From Mayamaea pseudoterrestris (Eukaryota): a DNA stretch of 64,000 nt. Below are positions 25,098-35,590 of the stretch, piece after piece. Each line of letters starts with the position of its first letter. The stretch's first letter is position 1. The position numbers and the translations under genes are program-made. The stretch lies in NCBI GenBank assembly GCA_027923505.1, contig BROI01000021.1:372001-436000 (forward strand), given 5' to 3'. Under the pieces are notes generated by a model. That model was not told the origin of the DNA. It saw only the letters and a list, made by a program, of their open reading frames with translations, and ran no database searches.

Positions 25098-26489
25098 ATG
25101 ATGATGCAACATCGATCAACATCCCCCATGGACGGGGTCGAAAAGACTAGAAACCACAATAGCAGTGGAACCACCACTGATTCCGAAACCGACGATGAAA
25201 CAGTTCATCGCCGGAGCAGCGAGCCCAGCGGCGTTGATTCACTACTGTATTCACTCGTCCAGGCCTACGACTGGCCTGGAGTACTGGCACGCGTCACGTC
25301 TCATCCGCTGGAAGCCTCCTTGGTAGGTGGAACGCAGGGTCGAACGCCACTGCACATGGCGTGCGAACACGACGCACCCGCCGTAGTCATTCAATCACTA
25401 CTCAAGGCTCATCCGGATGCATCCATCAAGACTGGAAGCTCCAATATGACGCCGCTTCATATTACATGCTCATCTTCGGATGCGTCGGTTCATGTGATTC
25501 GCGTCTTGTTGGAGCTTGGATCCACTGGTCAGTGCGGGCTGCAGGATTTGGATGGTGACACGCCCTTGCATACAGCTTGTCGATGCGGAGCATCGTTGGA
25601 TGTACTTGAAGTATTGGTGCAGGCGTATCCTGGAGCAGTACATCAGCGCGACTATGAAGGCTTGACGCCGCTGCTGAGACTGTGGGTCAGATACTTTGTC
25701 ATTCTGGGTAATGATGTGATTGAAGGGGTGCGTGGACCTGCCGATTTGGTGGGTGAACTTGGAGATGCCTGGAAGAAGACGGATCTTTTGCTGCATGCGG
25801 CTCATTTTGGATCGTTGGAGCGTCGATATAGTAACGCGAGTGCAAGCTCCAATGGCAATTCGTTTTCGTTGCATGCGGCTGCGTCGGTGGATTGCCCAAG
25901 ACCAATCGTCAAGATTGCTGCAACCGTCTACCCGGAGCAGCTGTTGCAGCGGGACGAGAAGGGACGCACTCCACTCATGTGCGCGGCACAAGCTCCCATT
26001 TACAAGGTGCAAGACTTGTCAGATGATGGCTACTCGCTGGAGGATGTCATTCATGGTGACAACGCCTCTGGCGACGACAATGAAGACATTACCAGTGATG
26101 CGCAACAGCCGTCGATTATTGAACTCCTCCTTCAGGCGTGTCAAGGCGAAGCAACGAGCGCCGCTTGCATTACGGATGAGAACGGGCGATTGCCACTGCA
26201 TGTGGCTCTCCAGACTGGCAAAAAGTGGAGCCAGGGAGTGCAGGCGCTTGTGGAAGCGTTTCCTGACTCGCTGGGATCGCCCATGCGAGGTAATGACACT
26301 ACGTACAATGGAATGTATCCATTCATGTTGGCAGCCCAGCGCGAGAATGCCGACTCTACGACGGCTTACGAAATATTGAGGCATAGTCCAGCAGTCATGG
26401 CGAGTCGCCTTCTGCATCGCTGCAGCGATGTGGCAATGGCCAAGACTCCTTTGGACGTTTTGGATATGGACAAGGGAAATATTAACTAG
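25098..26489 (+). CDS. Ankyrin repeat protein
   Basis: Repeated GRTPLHMAC, NMTPLHITC, GDTPLHTAC, GLTPL, GRTPLMCA, GRLPLHVA. Confidence 0.9.
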   Translation: MMMQHRSTSPMDGVEKTRNHNSSGTTTDSETDDETVHRRSSEPSGVDSLLYSLVQAYDWPGVLARVTSHPLEASLVGGTQGRTPLHMACEHDAPAVVIQSLLKAHPDASIKTGSSNMTPLHITCSSSDASVHVIRVLLELGSTGQCGLQDLDGDTPLHTACRCGASLDVLEVLVQAYPGAVHQRDYEGLTPLLRLWVRYFVILGNDVIEGVRGPADLVGELGDAWKKTDLLLHAAHFGSLERRYSNASASSNGNSFSLHAAASVDCPRPIVKIAATVYPEQLLQRDEKGRTPLMCAAQAPIYKVQDLSDDGYSLEDVIHGDNASGDDNEDITSDAQQPSIIELLLQACQGEATSAACITDENGRLPLHVALQTGKKWSQGVQALVEAFPDSLGSPMRGNDTTYNGMYPFMLAAQRENADSTTAYEILRHSPAVMASRLLHRCSDVAMAKTPLDVLDMDKGNIN

Positions 26490-26793
26490 ATGCTACAAGT
26501 TACGTTAAGTTTTGTAATCATAACTGATGCTCTTTACGGAAAATGAAACGATAGTTCGGAAGCTGTATAGAAAACCTCAATTGACCCTTACGTTGTCGAA
26601 AGTTGCTCTTTCCAAATCAAACACCAGCGCTCTCAAACAAATTCTGCATATCTGTCGAATAATCGTCAATATGCGAATGAGCATACGTACCGGTACGCCC
26701 ATGTGCCCATGTGCGGCACGGCATCAAGAGAGGCAGACGGCCGTGCAAAACCTGTACCATTCCTCACGTAGATACGACCAAGAAAACGGGCCA

Positions 26794-27369
26794 TCATATA
26801 GAGAGCAACGGGATGTCATCCAGTTCTTTTCGGCTGCATAAGTACTCGCCCAATAAAACCATAAGAATCATTCCAAACACATGAACAATCCACCAATCCA
26901 AAACCGTCGGCACTCCGTCATAGAGAGCGCATGCCAATAGGTGAATGAGAAAGAGAGTGACTCCAAAATCAAGGACTTTTTTAGACTTTTCCACAATTAT
27001 GGCAAGAAGAACTGAACTAGCCAAGGCTGCTAAAATGACGGCGCAGACATCAGGCCATCCGCTCGTATGCCAAAGGCGCAGGAAGGAATCTGTAAATATG
27101 CGGTCAATCGTCACATTCGTGCCGTACAAAATTGCATTGATCTGAAACAGCAGGGCCAGCAATGCATAGTGTAAACATTGAATCGCAATAATTTGCGTCG
27201 TGATAAGTTTGGGGTAAAAGGCAGCCGCTGCTTCCTCGGCGCGAGTTGGGGCACGACGGTTCGAGCGGCTGGCGCTAGAAACTTCCTTGCCATTAGTGTC
27301 GGCGGTAACGATAGCTGTAAGATTGGTAGCCGCTGCATTTCCTCGACGGCCAGATAGAAAAGATCGCAT
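26794..27369 (-). CDS. SYS1: SYS1 Golgi integral membrane protein
   Basis: FYPKLITTQIIAIQCLHY, IVEKSKKVLDFGVTLFLIHL, P..LDWW, LGEYLCSRKELDDIPL. Likely start MRSFL at 27369. Confidence 0.85.
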   Translation of the reverse strand: MRSFLSGRRGNAAATNLTAIVTADTNGKEVSSASRSNRRAPTRAEEAAAAFYPKLITTQIIAIQCLHYALLALLFQINAILYGTNVTIDRIFTDSFLRLWHTSGWPDVCAVILAALASSVLLAIIVEKSKKVLDFGVTLFLIHLLACALYDGVPTVLDWWIVHVFGMILMVLLGEYLCSRKELDDIPLLSI

Positions 27370-27605
27370 CGTCGCGCACGTTGTGGTGTTGATATATAAG
27401 TATAAGAAAGTTACTGGAAGTACATGGAAGGCTGGAGTCTGGAGTTGTTTTGCTGCCAAAACAAAGGCTGTCGCGGCGCGCAAAGTGTCCTAGTGGTTAT
27501 TCACCGTATTAGAGCCGCTACGACATTGCGAACGATTGCCACTTACCGGTACATAAACACAAGCTGAACTGAGGGTTTGTGGCACTGCCCTGCCCCTCGC
27601 CTGTC

Positions 27606-28271
27606 AATGGTGCCAACACCATCAATCTGGCAGCACTACAAGATGGATTGCCTGCTGGACTCTCAGCAGACTGCAACATGATTGGCGAGAACATCTCACT
27701 ACGGTAGTCTCAGCCAGCAGATGCTGTCATTTTCAACTGCCCATACCTTGAGCCATGTGTATGCCCACATCAAGCCAGAATGGTGCTAACATCCTTACTT
27801 CAGGTGCGCTAAAAGTTGGATTGCCTGGCTGGTCTCTTGGTAGACTGCAATGTGATTGGTGACAACTTGTCACCATTCTCAGCCAGCAGATGCCGTGATT
27901 TCCAAATGCCCATACCTTGAGCCATGTGTATGCCCAAATCAAGCCAGAATGGTGCTAACATCCTTGTTTCAGGTGTGCTACAAAATGGATTGCCTGGCTG
28001 GTCCCTCAGTAGACTGCAATGTGATTGGTGACAACTTTTCACCAGTCTCAGCCAGCAGATGCCGTCATTTTCAAATGCCCATACCTTAAGCCATGTGTAT
28101 GCCCAAATCTAGCCACAATGGTGTTTACAACCTTGTTTCAGGTGTGCTACAAAATGCATTGCCTGGCTGGTCCCTGGGTAGACTGCAATGTGACTGGTGA
28201 GAAGTTCTCACCAGTCTCAGCAAGCAGATGCCATGATTTTCAAATGCCCATACCTTTAGCCATGTGTATGC
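27606..28271 (-). repeat. About 4 diverged copies of 169-bp satellite A, inverted relative to the main array
   Basis: Anchor GGTGCTAACA-like at 27609, 27782, 27951 and 28120 (period 169 after a first interval of 173). The sequence is the reverse complement of the main unit, including TGGTGACAA-N-TTGTCACCA. Confidence 0.9.
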
Positions 28272-28273
28272 TC

Positions 28274-28552
28274 GCCCCATGCCCTGGCCACCCAACAACC
28301 CAATGAGTGAGGCAAAACATGTCCAGGGTGTGCCATTGACACGAGGATGGACTCAAATGGTGCAAAACAAACTGCCTGAAGCCTACACCATGGAATGGTC
28401 TGCAGACTGGGTGTAACCAACACCCCAAATTATGGAATCATACCACTAAGATGCCCATGCCCTGGCCACCCAACAACCCAATGAGTCAGGCAAACATGTC
28501 CAGGGTGTGCCATTGACATGAGGATGGTCTCAAATGGTGCAGAAACAACTGC
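28274..28552. repeat. Linker direct repeat (third family), 178-bp spacing, about 1.6 copies
   Basis: CATGCCCTGGCCACCCAACAACCCAATGAGT...CATGTCCAGGGTGTGCCATTGACA...CAAATGGTGCA at 28278 and again at 28456. Confidence 0.85.
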
Positions 28553-28556
28553 TTGG

Positions 28557-31500
28557 ATCTTGTAGCCCAGCCTGAATAAGGATGTTGGCACCATTCTGGT
28601 GTATACTGGGCACCTACAGGGCTTGCTGTAGGGTTGTTTTAATGTCATGGCGTCTGCGGGCTGAGACTGGTGACAAGTTGTCACAAAATACATTACCATC
28701 CCCTGAGACACCAGCCAAGCTTACCATCTTGTAGCGCAGCCTCAATAATGATGTTGGCACCATTCTGGTATATTTTGGGCACCTACAGGGCTTGCTGTAG
28801 GGTTGTTTGAATGTCACGGCGTCTGCGGGCTGAGACTGGTGACAAGTTGTCACCAAATACATTGCCAACCCCTGAAACACCAGCCAGGCATACCATCTTG
28901 TAGCGCAGCCTATATAATGATGTTGGCACTATTTTGGCGTATTTTGGACACCTACAGGGCCTGCTGTAGGTGTGTTTGAATGTCATGGCATCTGCGGGCT
29001 GAGACTGGTGACAAGTTGTCACCAAATACTTTGCCAACCCCTGAGACACCAGCCAGGCATACCATCTTGTAGCGCAGCCTCAATAATGATGTGGGAACCA
29101 TTATCGTGTTTTTTGGGGCACCTACAGGGCTTGCTGTAGGTGCGTTTAATTGTCATGGCATCTGCGGGCCGAGACTGGTGACAAGTTGTCAACAAATACA
29201 TTGCCAACCCCTGAGACACCAGCCATGCATACCATCTTGTAGCGCAGCCTGAATAATAATGTTGGCACCATTCTGGTGTATTTTGGGCACCTACAGGGCT
29301 TGCTGTAGGTGCGTTTAATTGTCACGGCATCTGCGGTGCAAGACTGGTGACAAGTTGTCACCAAATACATTGCCAGCCCCTGAGATACCAACCAGGCATA
29401 CCATCTTGTAGCGCAGCTTGAATATTGATGTTGGCACCATTCTGGTGTATTTTGGGCACCTACAGGGCTTGCTATAGGGTTGTTTGAATGTCACGGCGTC
29501 TGCGTGCTGAGACTGGTGACAAGTTGTCACCAAATACATTGCCAACCCCTGAGACACCAGCCAGGCATACCATCTTGTAGCGCAGCCTGAATAATAATGT
29601 TGGCACCATTCTGGTGTATTTTGGGCACCTACAGGGCTTGCTGTAGGTGCGTTTAATTGTCACGGCATCTGCGGTGCAAGACTGGTGACAAGTTGTCACC
29701 AAATACATTGCCAGCCCCTGAGATACCAACCAGGCATACCATCTTGTAGCGCAGCTTGAATATTGATGTTGGCACCATTCTGGTGTATTTTGGGCACCTA
29801 CAGGGCTTGCTATAGGGTTGTTTGAATGTCACGGCGTCTGCGTGCTGAGACTGGTGACAAGTTGTCACCAAATACATTGCCAACCCCTGAGACACCAGCC
29901 AGGCATACCATCTTGGAGCGCAGGCTGAATAAGGATGTTGGCACCATTATAGTTTATTTTGTTCACCTACAGGGCCTGCTGTAGGTGCGTTTAATTGTCA
30001 TGGCATCTGCGGGCTGAGACTGGTGACAAGTTGTCACTAAATACATTGCCAACCCCTGAGACACCAGCCAAGCTTACCATCTTGTAGCGCAGCCTATATA
30101 ATGATGTTGGCACTATTTCGGCGTATTTTGGACACCTACAGGGCCTGCTGTAGGTGTGTTTGAATGTCACGGCGTCTGCAGGCTAAGACTGGTGACAAGT
30201 TGTCACCAAATACATTACCATCCCCTGAGACACCAGCCAAGCTTACCATCTTGTAGCGCAGCCGGAATAATGATGTTGGCACCATTCTGGTTTATTTTGG
30301 GCACCTACAGGGCTTGCTGTAGGGGCGTTTGAATGTCACGGCATCTGCAGGCTGACTGGTGGGTACTTCTCACCAGGCACATTGCCATCCTTTGAGACAC
30401 TAGCCAGGTATACCATCTTGTAGCGCAGCCTTTACAATGGTGTTGGCAACACTCTGGTGTCATTTGGGTGTATACATGGCCTGCTGTAGGTGCGTTTCAA
30501 TGTCACGGCATCTGTAGTCTGAGACTGGTTAGAACTTCTCACTAGTCACATTGCCATCCCTGAGACACCAGCCAGGCATACCATCTTGTAGCGCAGCCTG
30601 AATAATGATGTTGGCACCATTCTGGTGTAAATTGGTTACCTACAGGGCCTGCTGTAGGTGTGTTTGAATGTCATGGCATCTGCGGGCTGAGACTGGTGAC
30701 AAGTTGTCACCAAATACATTACCATCCCCTAAGACACAAGCCAAGCCTACCATCTTGTAGCGCAGCCTGAATAATGATGTTGGCACCATTCCAATGTCAA
30801 TTGGGTGTATACATGGCCTGCTCTAGGGGCGTTTGAATGTCACGGCATCTGCAGGCTGAGACTGGTGACAAGTTGTCACCAATATCATTGCTGTCCCCTG
30901 AGACAATAGCCAGGCATACCATCTTGTAGCGCAGCCTGAATGATGATGTTGGCACCAATCTGGTGTCATTTGGGTGTATACATGGCCTGCTGTAGGGGCG
31001 TTTGAATGTCACGGCATCTGCAGGCTGAGACTGGTGACAAGTTGTCACCAATATCATTGCCATCCCCTGAGACACTAGCCAGGTATACCATCTTGTAGCG
31101 TAGCCTGAATAATGATGTTGGCACCATTCTGGTGTAAACTGGGCACCTACAGGGCTTGCTGTAGGTGTGTTTGAATGTCATGGCATCTGCGGGCTGACAC
31201 TGGTGACAAGTTGTCACCAAATACATTGCCATCCCCTGAGACACCAGCCAGGCATACCATCTTGTAGCGCAGCCTGAATAGGAATGTTGACACTATTTTG
31301 GTGTAATTTGGGCACCTACAGGGCCTGCTGTAGGTGTGTTTGAATGTCATGGCATCTGGGGCTGAGACTGGTGACAAGTTGTCACCAAATACATTGCCAT
31401 CCCCTGAGACACCAGACAAGCCTACAATCTTGTAGCGCAGCCTGAATAATTATGTTGGCACCATTCTGGTGTAATTTTGGCACCTACAGGGCTTGCTGTA

Positions 31501-34500
31501 GGGATTGTTTGAATGTCACGGCGTCTGCAGGCCGAGACTGGTGACAAGTTGTCACCAAGTACATTGCCAACCCCTGAGACACCAGCCAGGCATACCATCT
31601 TGTAGCGCAGCCTGAATAATGATGTTGGCACCATTCTGGTGTAAATTGGGCACCTACAGGGCCTGCTGTAGGTGTGTCTGAATGTCATGGCATCTGTGGG
31701 CTGAGCCTGGTGACAAGTTGTCACCAAATGCATTGCCATTCCCTGAGACACCAGCCAGGCATAACATCTTGTAGCGAAATTTGAATAATAATGATGGCAC
31801 TTTTCTGGTGTGAATTGGGCACCTACAGGGCTTGCTGTAGGAGTGTTTGAATGTCACGGCGTCTGCGTGCTGAGACTGGTGACAAGTTGTCACCAAATAC
31901 ATTGCCAACCCCTGAGACACCAGCCAGGCATACCATCTTGTAGCGCAGCCTGAATAAGGATGTTGGCACTATTCTGGTGTAAATTGGGCACCTACAGGGC
32001 CTGCTGTAGGTGTGTTTGAATGTCATGGCATCTGCGGGCTGAGACTGGTGACAAGTTGTCACCAAATACATTGCCAACCCCTGAAACACCAGCCAGGCAT
32101 ACCATCTTGTAGCGCAGCCTGAATAATGATGTTGTCACCATTCTGGTGTAAACTGGGCACCTACAGGGCTTGCTGTAGGGTTGTTTGAATGTCACCACAT
32201 CTGCAGGGTGAGACTGATGACAAGTTGTCACCAAATACATTGCCATCCCCTGAGACACCAGCCAAGCTTACCATCTTGTATCTCAGCCTGAATAATGATG
32301 TTGGCACCATTCTGGTGTAAACTGGGCACCTACAGGGCTTGCTGTAGGGGCGTTTGAATGTCACGGCATCTGTGGGCTGAGACTGGTGACAAGTTGTCAC
32401 CAAATACATTGCCAACCCCTGAGACACCAGCCATGCATACCATCTTGTAGCGCAGCCTGAACAATAATGTTGGCACCATTCTGGTGTATTTTGGGCACCT
32501 ACAGGGCTTGCTGTAGGTGCGTTTAATTGTCATGGCATCTGCGGGCTGAGACTGGTGACAAGTTGTCACCAAATACATTGCCAACCCCTGAGACACCAGC
32601 CAGGAATACCATCTTGTAGCACAGCCGGAATAAGGATGTTGGCACTATTCTGGTGTAAATTGGGCACCTACAGGGCTTGCTGTAGGTGTGTTTGAATGTC
32701 ATGGCATCTGCGGGCTGACACTGGTGACAAGTTGTCACCAAATACATTGCCATCCCCTGAGACACCAGCCAGGCATACCATCTTGTAGCGCAGCCTGAAT
32801 AATGATGTTGGCACCATTCTGGTGTAAACTGGGCACCTACAGGGCTTGCTGTAGGGGCGTTTGAATGTCACCGCTACTGCGGGCTGAGACTGGTGACAAG
32901 TTGTCACCAAGTACATTGCCAACCCCTGAGACACCAGCCAGGCATACCATCTTGTAGCGCAGCCTGAATAATGATGTTGGCACCATTCTCGTGTAAACTG
33001 GGCACCTACAGGGCCTGCTGTAGGTGTGTTTGAATGTCATGGCATCTGCGGGCTGAGACTGGTGACAAGTTGTCACCAAATACTTTGCCAACCCCTGAGA
33101 CACCAGCCAGGCATACCATCTTGTAGCGCAGCCTCAATAAGGATGTTGGCACTTTTCTGGTGTGAATTGGGCACCTACAGGGCTTGCTGTAGGAGTGTTT
33201 GAATGTCATGGCATCTGCGGGCTGAGACTGGTGACAAGTTGTCACCAAATACATTGCCAACCCTTGAGACATTAGCCAGGCATACCATCTTGAAGCGCAG
33301 CTAGAATAAGGATGTTGGCACCATTCTGGTGTAAATTGGGCTCCTACAGGGCCTGCTGTAGGTGTGTTTGAATGTCATGGCATCTGCGGGCTGACACTGG
33401 TGACAAGTTGTCAACCAAATACATTGCCATCCCCTGAGACACCAGCCAGGCATACCATCTTGTAGCGCAGCCTGAATAATGATGTTGGCACCATTCTGGT
33501 GTAAACTGGGCACCTACAGGGCTTGCTGTAGGGGCGTTTGAATGTCACCGCTACTGCGGGCTGAGACTGGTGACAAGTTGTCACCAAGTACATTGCCAAC
33601 CCCTGAGACACCAGCCAGGCATACCATCTTGGAGCGCAGGCTGAATAAGGATGTTGGCAGCATTATCGTTTATTTTGTTCACCTACAGGGCCTGCTGTAG
33701 GTGTGTTTGAATGTCATGGCATCTGCGGGCTGAGACTGGTGACAAGTTGTCACCAAATACTTTGCCAACCCCTGAGACACCATCCAGGCATACCATCTTG
33801 TAGCGCAGCCTCAATAATGATGTTGGCACCATTATCGTGTATTTTGGGCACCTACAGGGCTTGCTGTAGGTGCGTTTAATTGTCATGGCATCTGCGGGCC
33901 GAGACTGGTGACAAGTTGTCACCAAATACATTGCCAACCCCTGAGACACCAGCCAGGCATACCATCTTGTAGCGCAGCCTCAATAAGGATGTTGGCACCA
34001 TTCTGGTGTAAACTGGGCACCTACAGGGCTTGCTGTAAGGGCGTTTGAATGTCACCGCATCTGCGGGCTGAGACTGGTGACAAGTTGTCACCAAATACAT
34101 TGCCAACCCCTGAGACACCAGCCAAGCTTACCATCTTGTAGCGCAGCCTCAATTATGATGTTGGCACTATTTCGGCGTATTTTGGACACCTACAGGGCCT
34201 GCTGTAGGTGTGTTTGAATGTCATGGCATCTGCGGGCTGACACTGGTGACAAGTTGTCACCAAATACATTGCCATCCCCTGAGACACCAGCCAGGCATAC
34301 CATCTTGTAGCGCAGCCTGAATAATGATGTTGGCACCATTCTGGTGTAAACTGGGCACCTACAGGGCTTGCTGTAGGTGCGTTTGAATGTCACCGCTACT
34401 GCGGGCTGAGACTGGTGACAAGTTGTCACCAAATACATTGCCAACCCCTGAGACACCAGCCAGGCATACCATCTTGTAGCGCAGCCTGAATAAGAATGTT

Positions 34501-35590
34501 GGCACTATTCTGGTGTAAATTGGGCACCTACAGGGCCTGCTGTAGGTGTGTTTGAATGTCATGGCGTCTGCGGGCTGAGACTGGTGACAAGTTGTCACCA
34601 AATACATTGCCATCCCCTGAGACACCAGCCAGGCAAACCATCTTGGAGCGCAGCCTGAATAAGGATGTTGTCACCATTCTGGTGTAAACTGGGAACCTAC
34701 AGGGCTTGCTGTAGGTGCGTTTAATTGTCACGGCATCTGCAGGCTGAGACTGGTGACAAGTTGTCACCAAATACATTGCCAGCCCCTGAGACACCAGCCA
34801 GGCATACCAACTTGAAGCGCAGCCGGAATAAGGATGTTGGCACAATTCTGGTCTAAATTGGGCACCTACAGGGCCTGCTGTAGGTGTGTTTGAATGTCAT
34901 GGCATCTGCGGGCTGAGACTGGTGACAAGTTGTCACCAAATACATTGCCATCCCCTGAGACACCAGCCAAGCTTACCATCTTGTAGAGCAGCTTGAATAA
35001 GGATGTTGGCACCATTCTGGTGTAATTTGCGCACCTACAGGGCTTGCTGTAGGTGCGTTAAATTGTCACGGCATCTGCGGGCTGAGACTGGTGACAAGTT
35101 GTCACCAAATACATTGCCAACCCCTGAGACACCAGCCAGGCATACCATCTTGTAGCGCAGCCGGAATAAGGATGTTGGCACTATTCTGGTGTAAATTGGG
35201 CACCTACAGGGCCTGCTGTAGGTGTGTCTGAATGTCATGGCATCTGCGGGCTGAGACTGGTGACAAGTTGTCACCAAATACATTGCCATCCCCTGAGACA
35301 CCAGCCAAGCTTACCATCTTGTAGCGCGGCCTCAATAATGATGTTGGCACCATTCTGGTGTAAACTGGGCACCTACAGGGCCTGCTGTAGGTGTGTCTGA
35401 ATGTCAAGGCATCTGCGGGCTGAGACTGGTGACAAGTTGTCACCAAATACATTGCCATCCCCTGAGACACCAGCCAGGCATACCATCTTGTAGCGCAGCC
35501 TCAATAATGATGTTGGCACCATTATCGTGTATTTTGGGCACCTACAGGGCTTGCTGTAGGTGCGTTTAATTGTCATGGCATCTGCGGGCT
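28557..35590 (+). repeat. Satellite A: tandem array of a 169-bp monomer, about 42 copies
   Basis: Unit CATCTTGTAGCGCAGCCTGAATAATGATGTTGGCACCATTCTGGTGTAAACTGGGCACCTACAGGGCTTGCTGTAGGTG...GAGACTGGTGACAAGTTGTCACCAAATACATTGCC...CCAGGCATAC. The ORF track repeats every 169 bp; about 51% GC by hand count of one unit. Confidence 0.97.

Noticed and set aside
28557..35590. Tandem 5S rRNA, snRNA or tRNA gene array
   Set aside because: Beyond a short GCATACCA there is no recognisable 5S, tRNA cloverleaf, Sm-site or Pol III box pattern. An Rfam/Infernal search would settle it.
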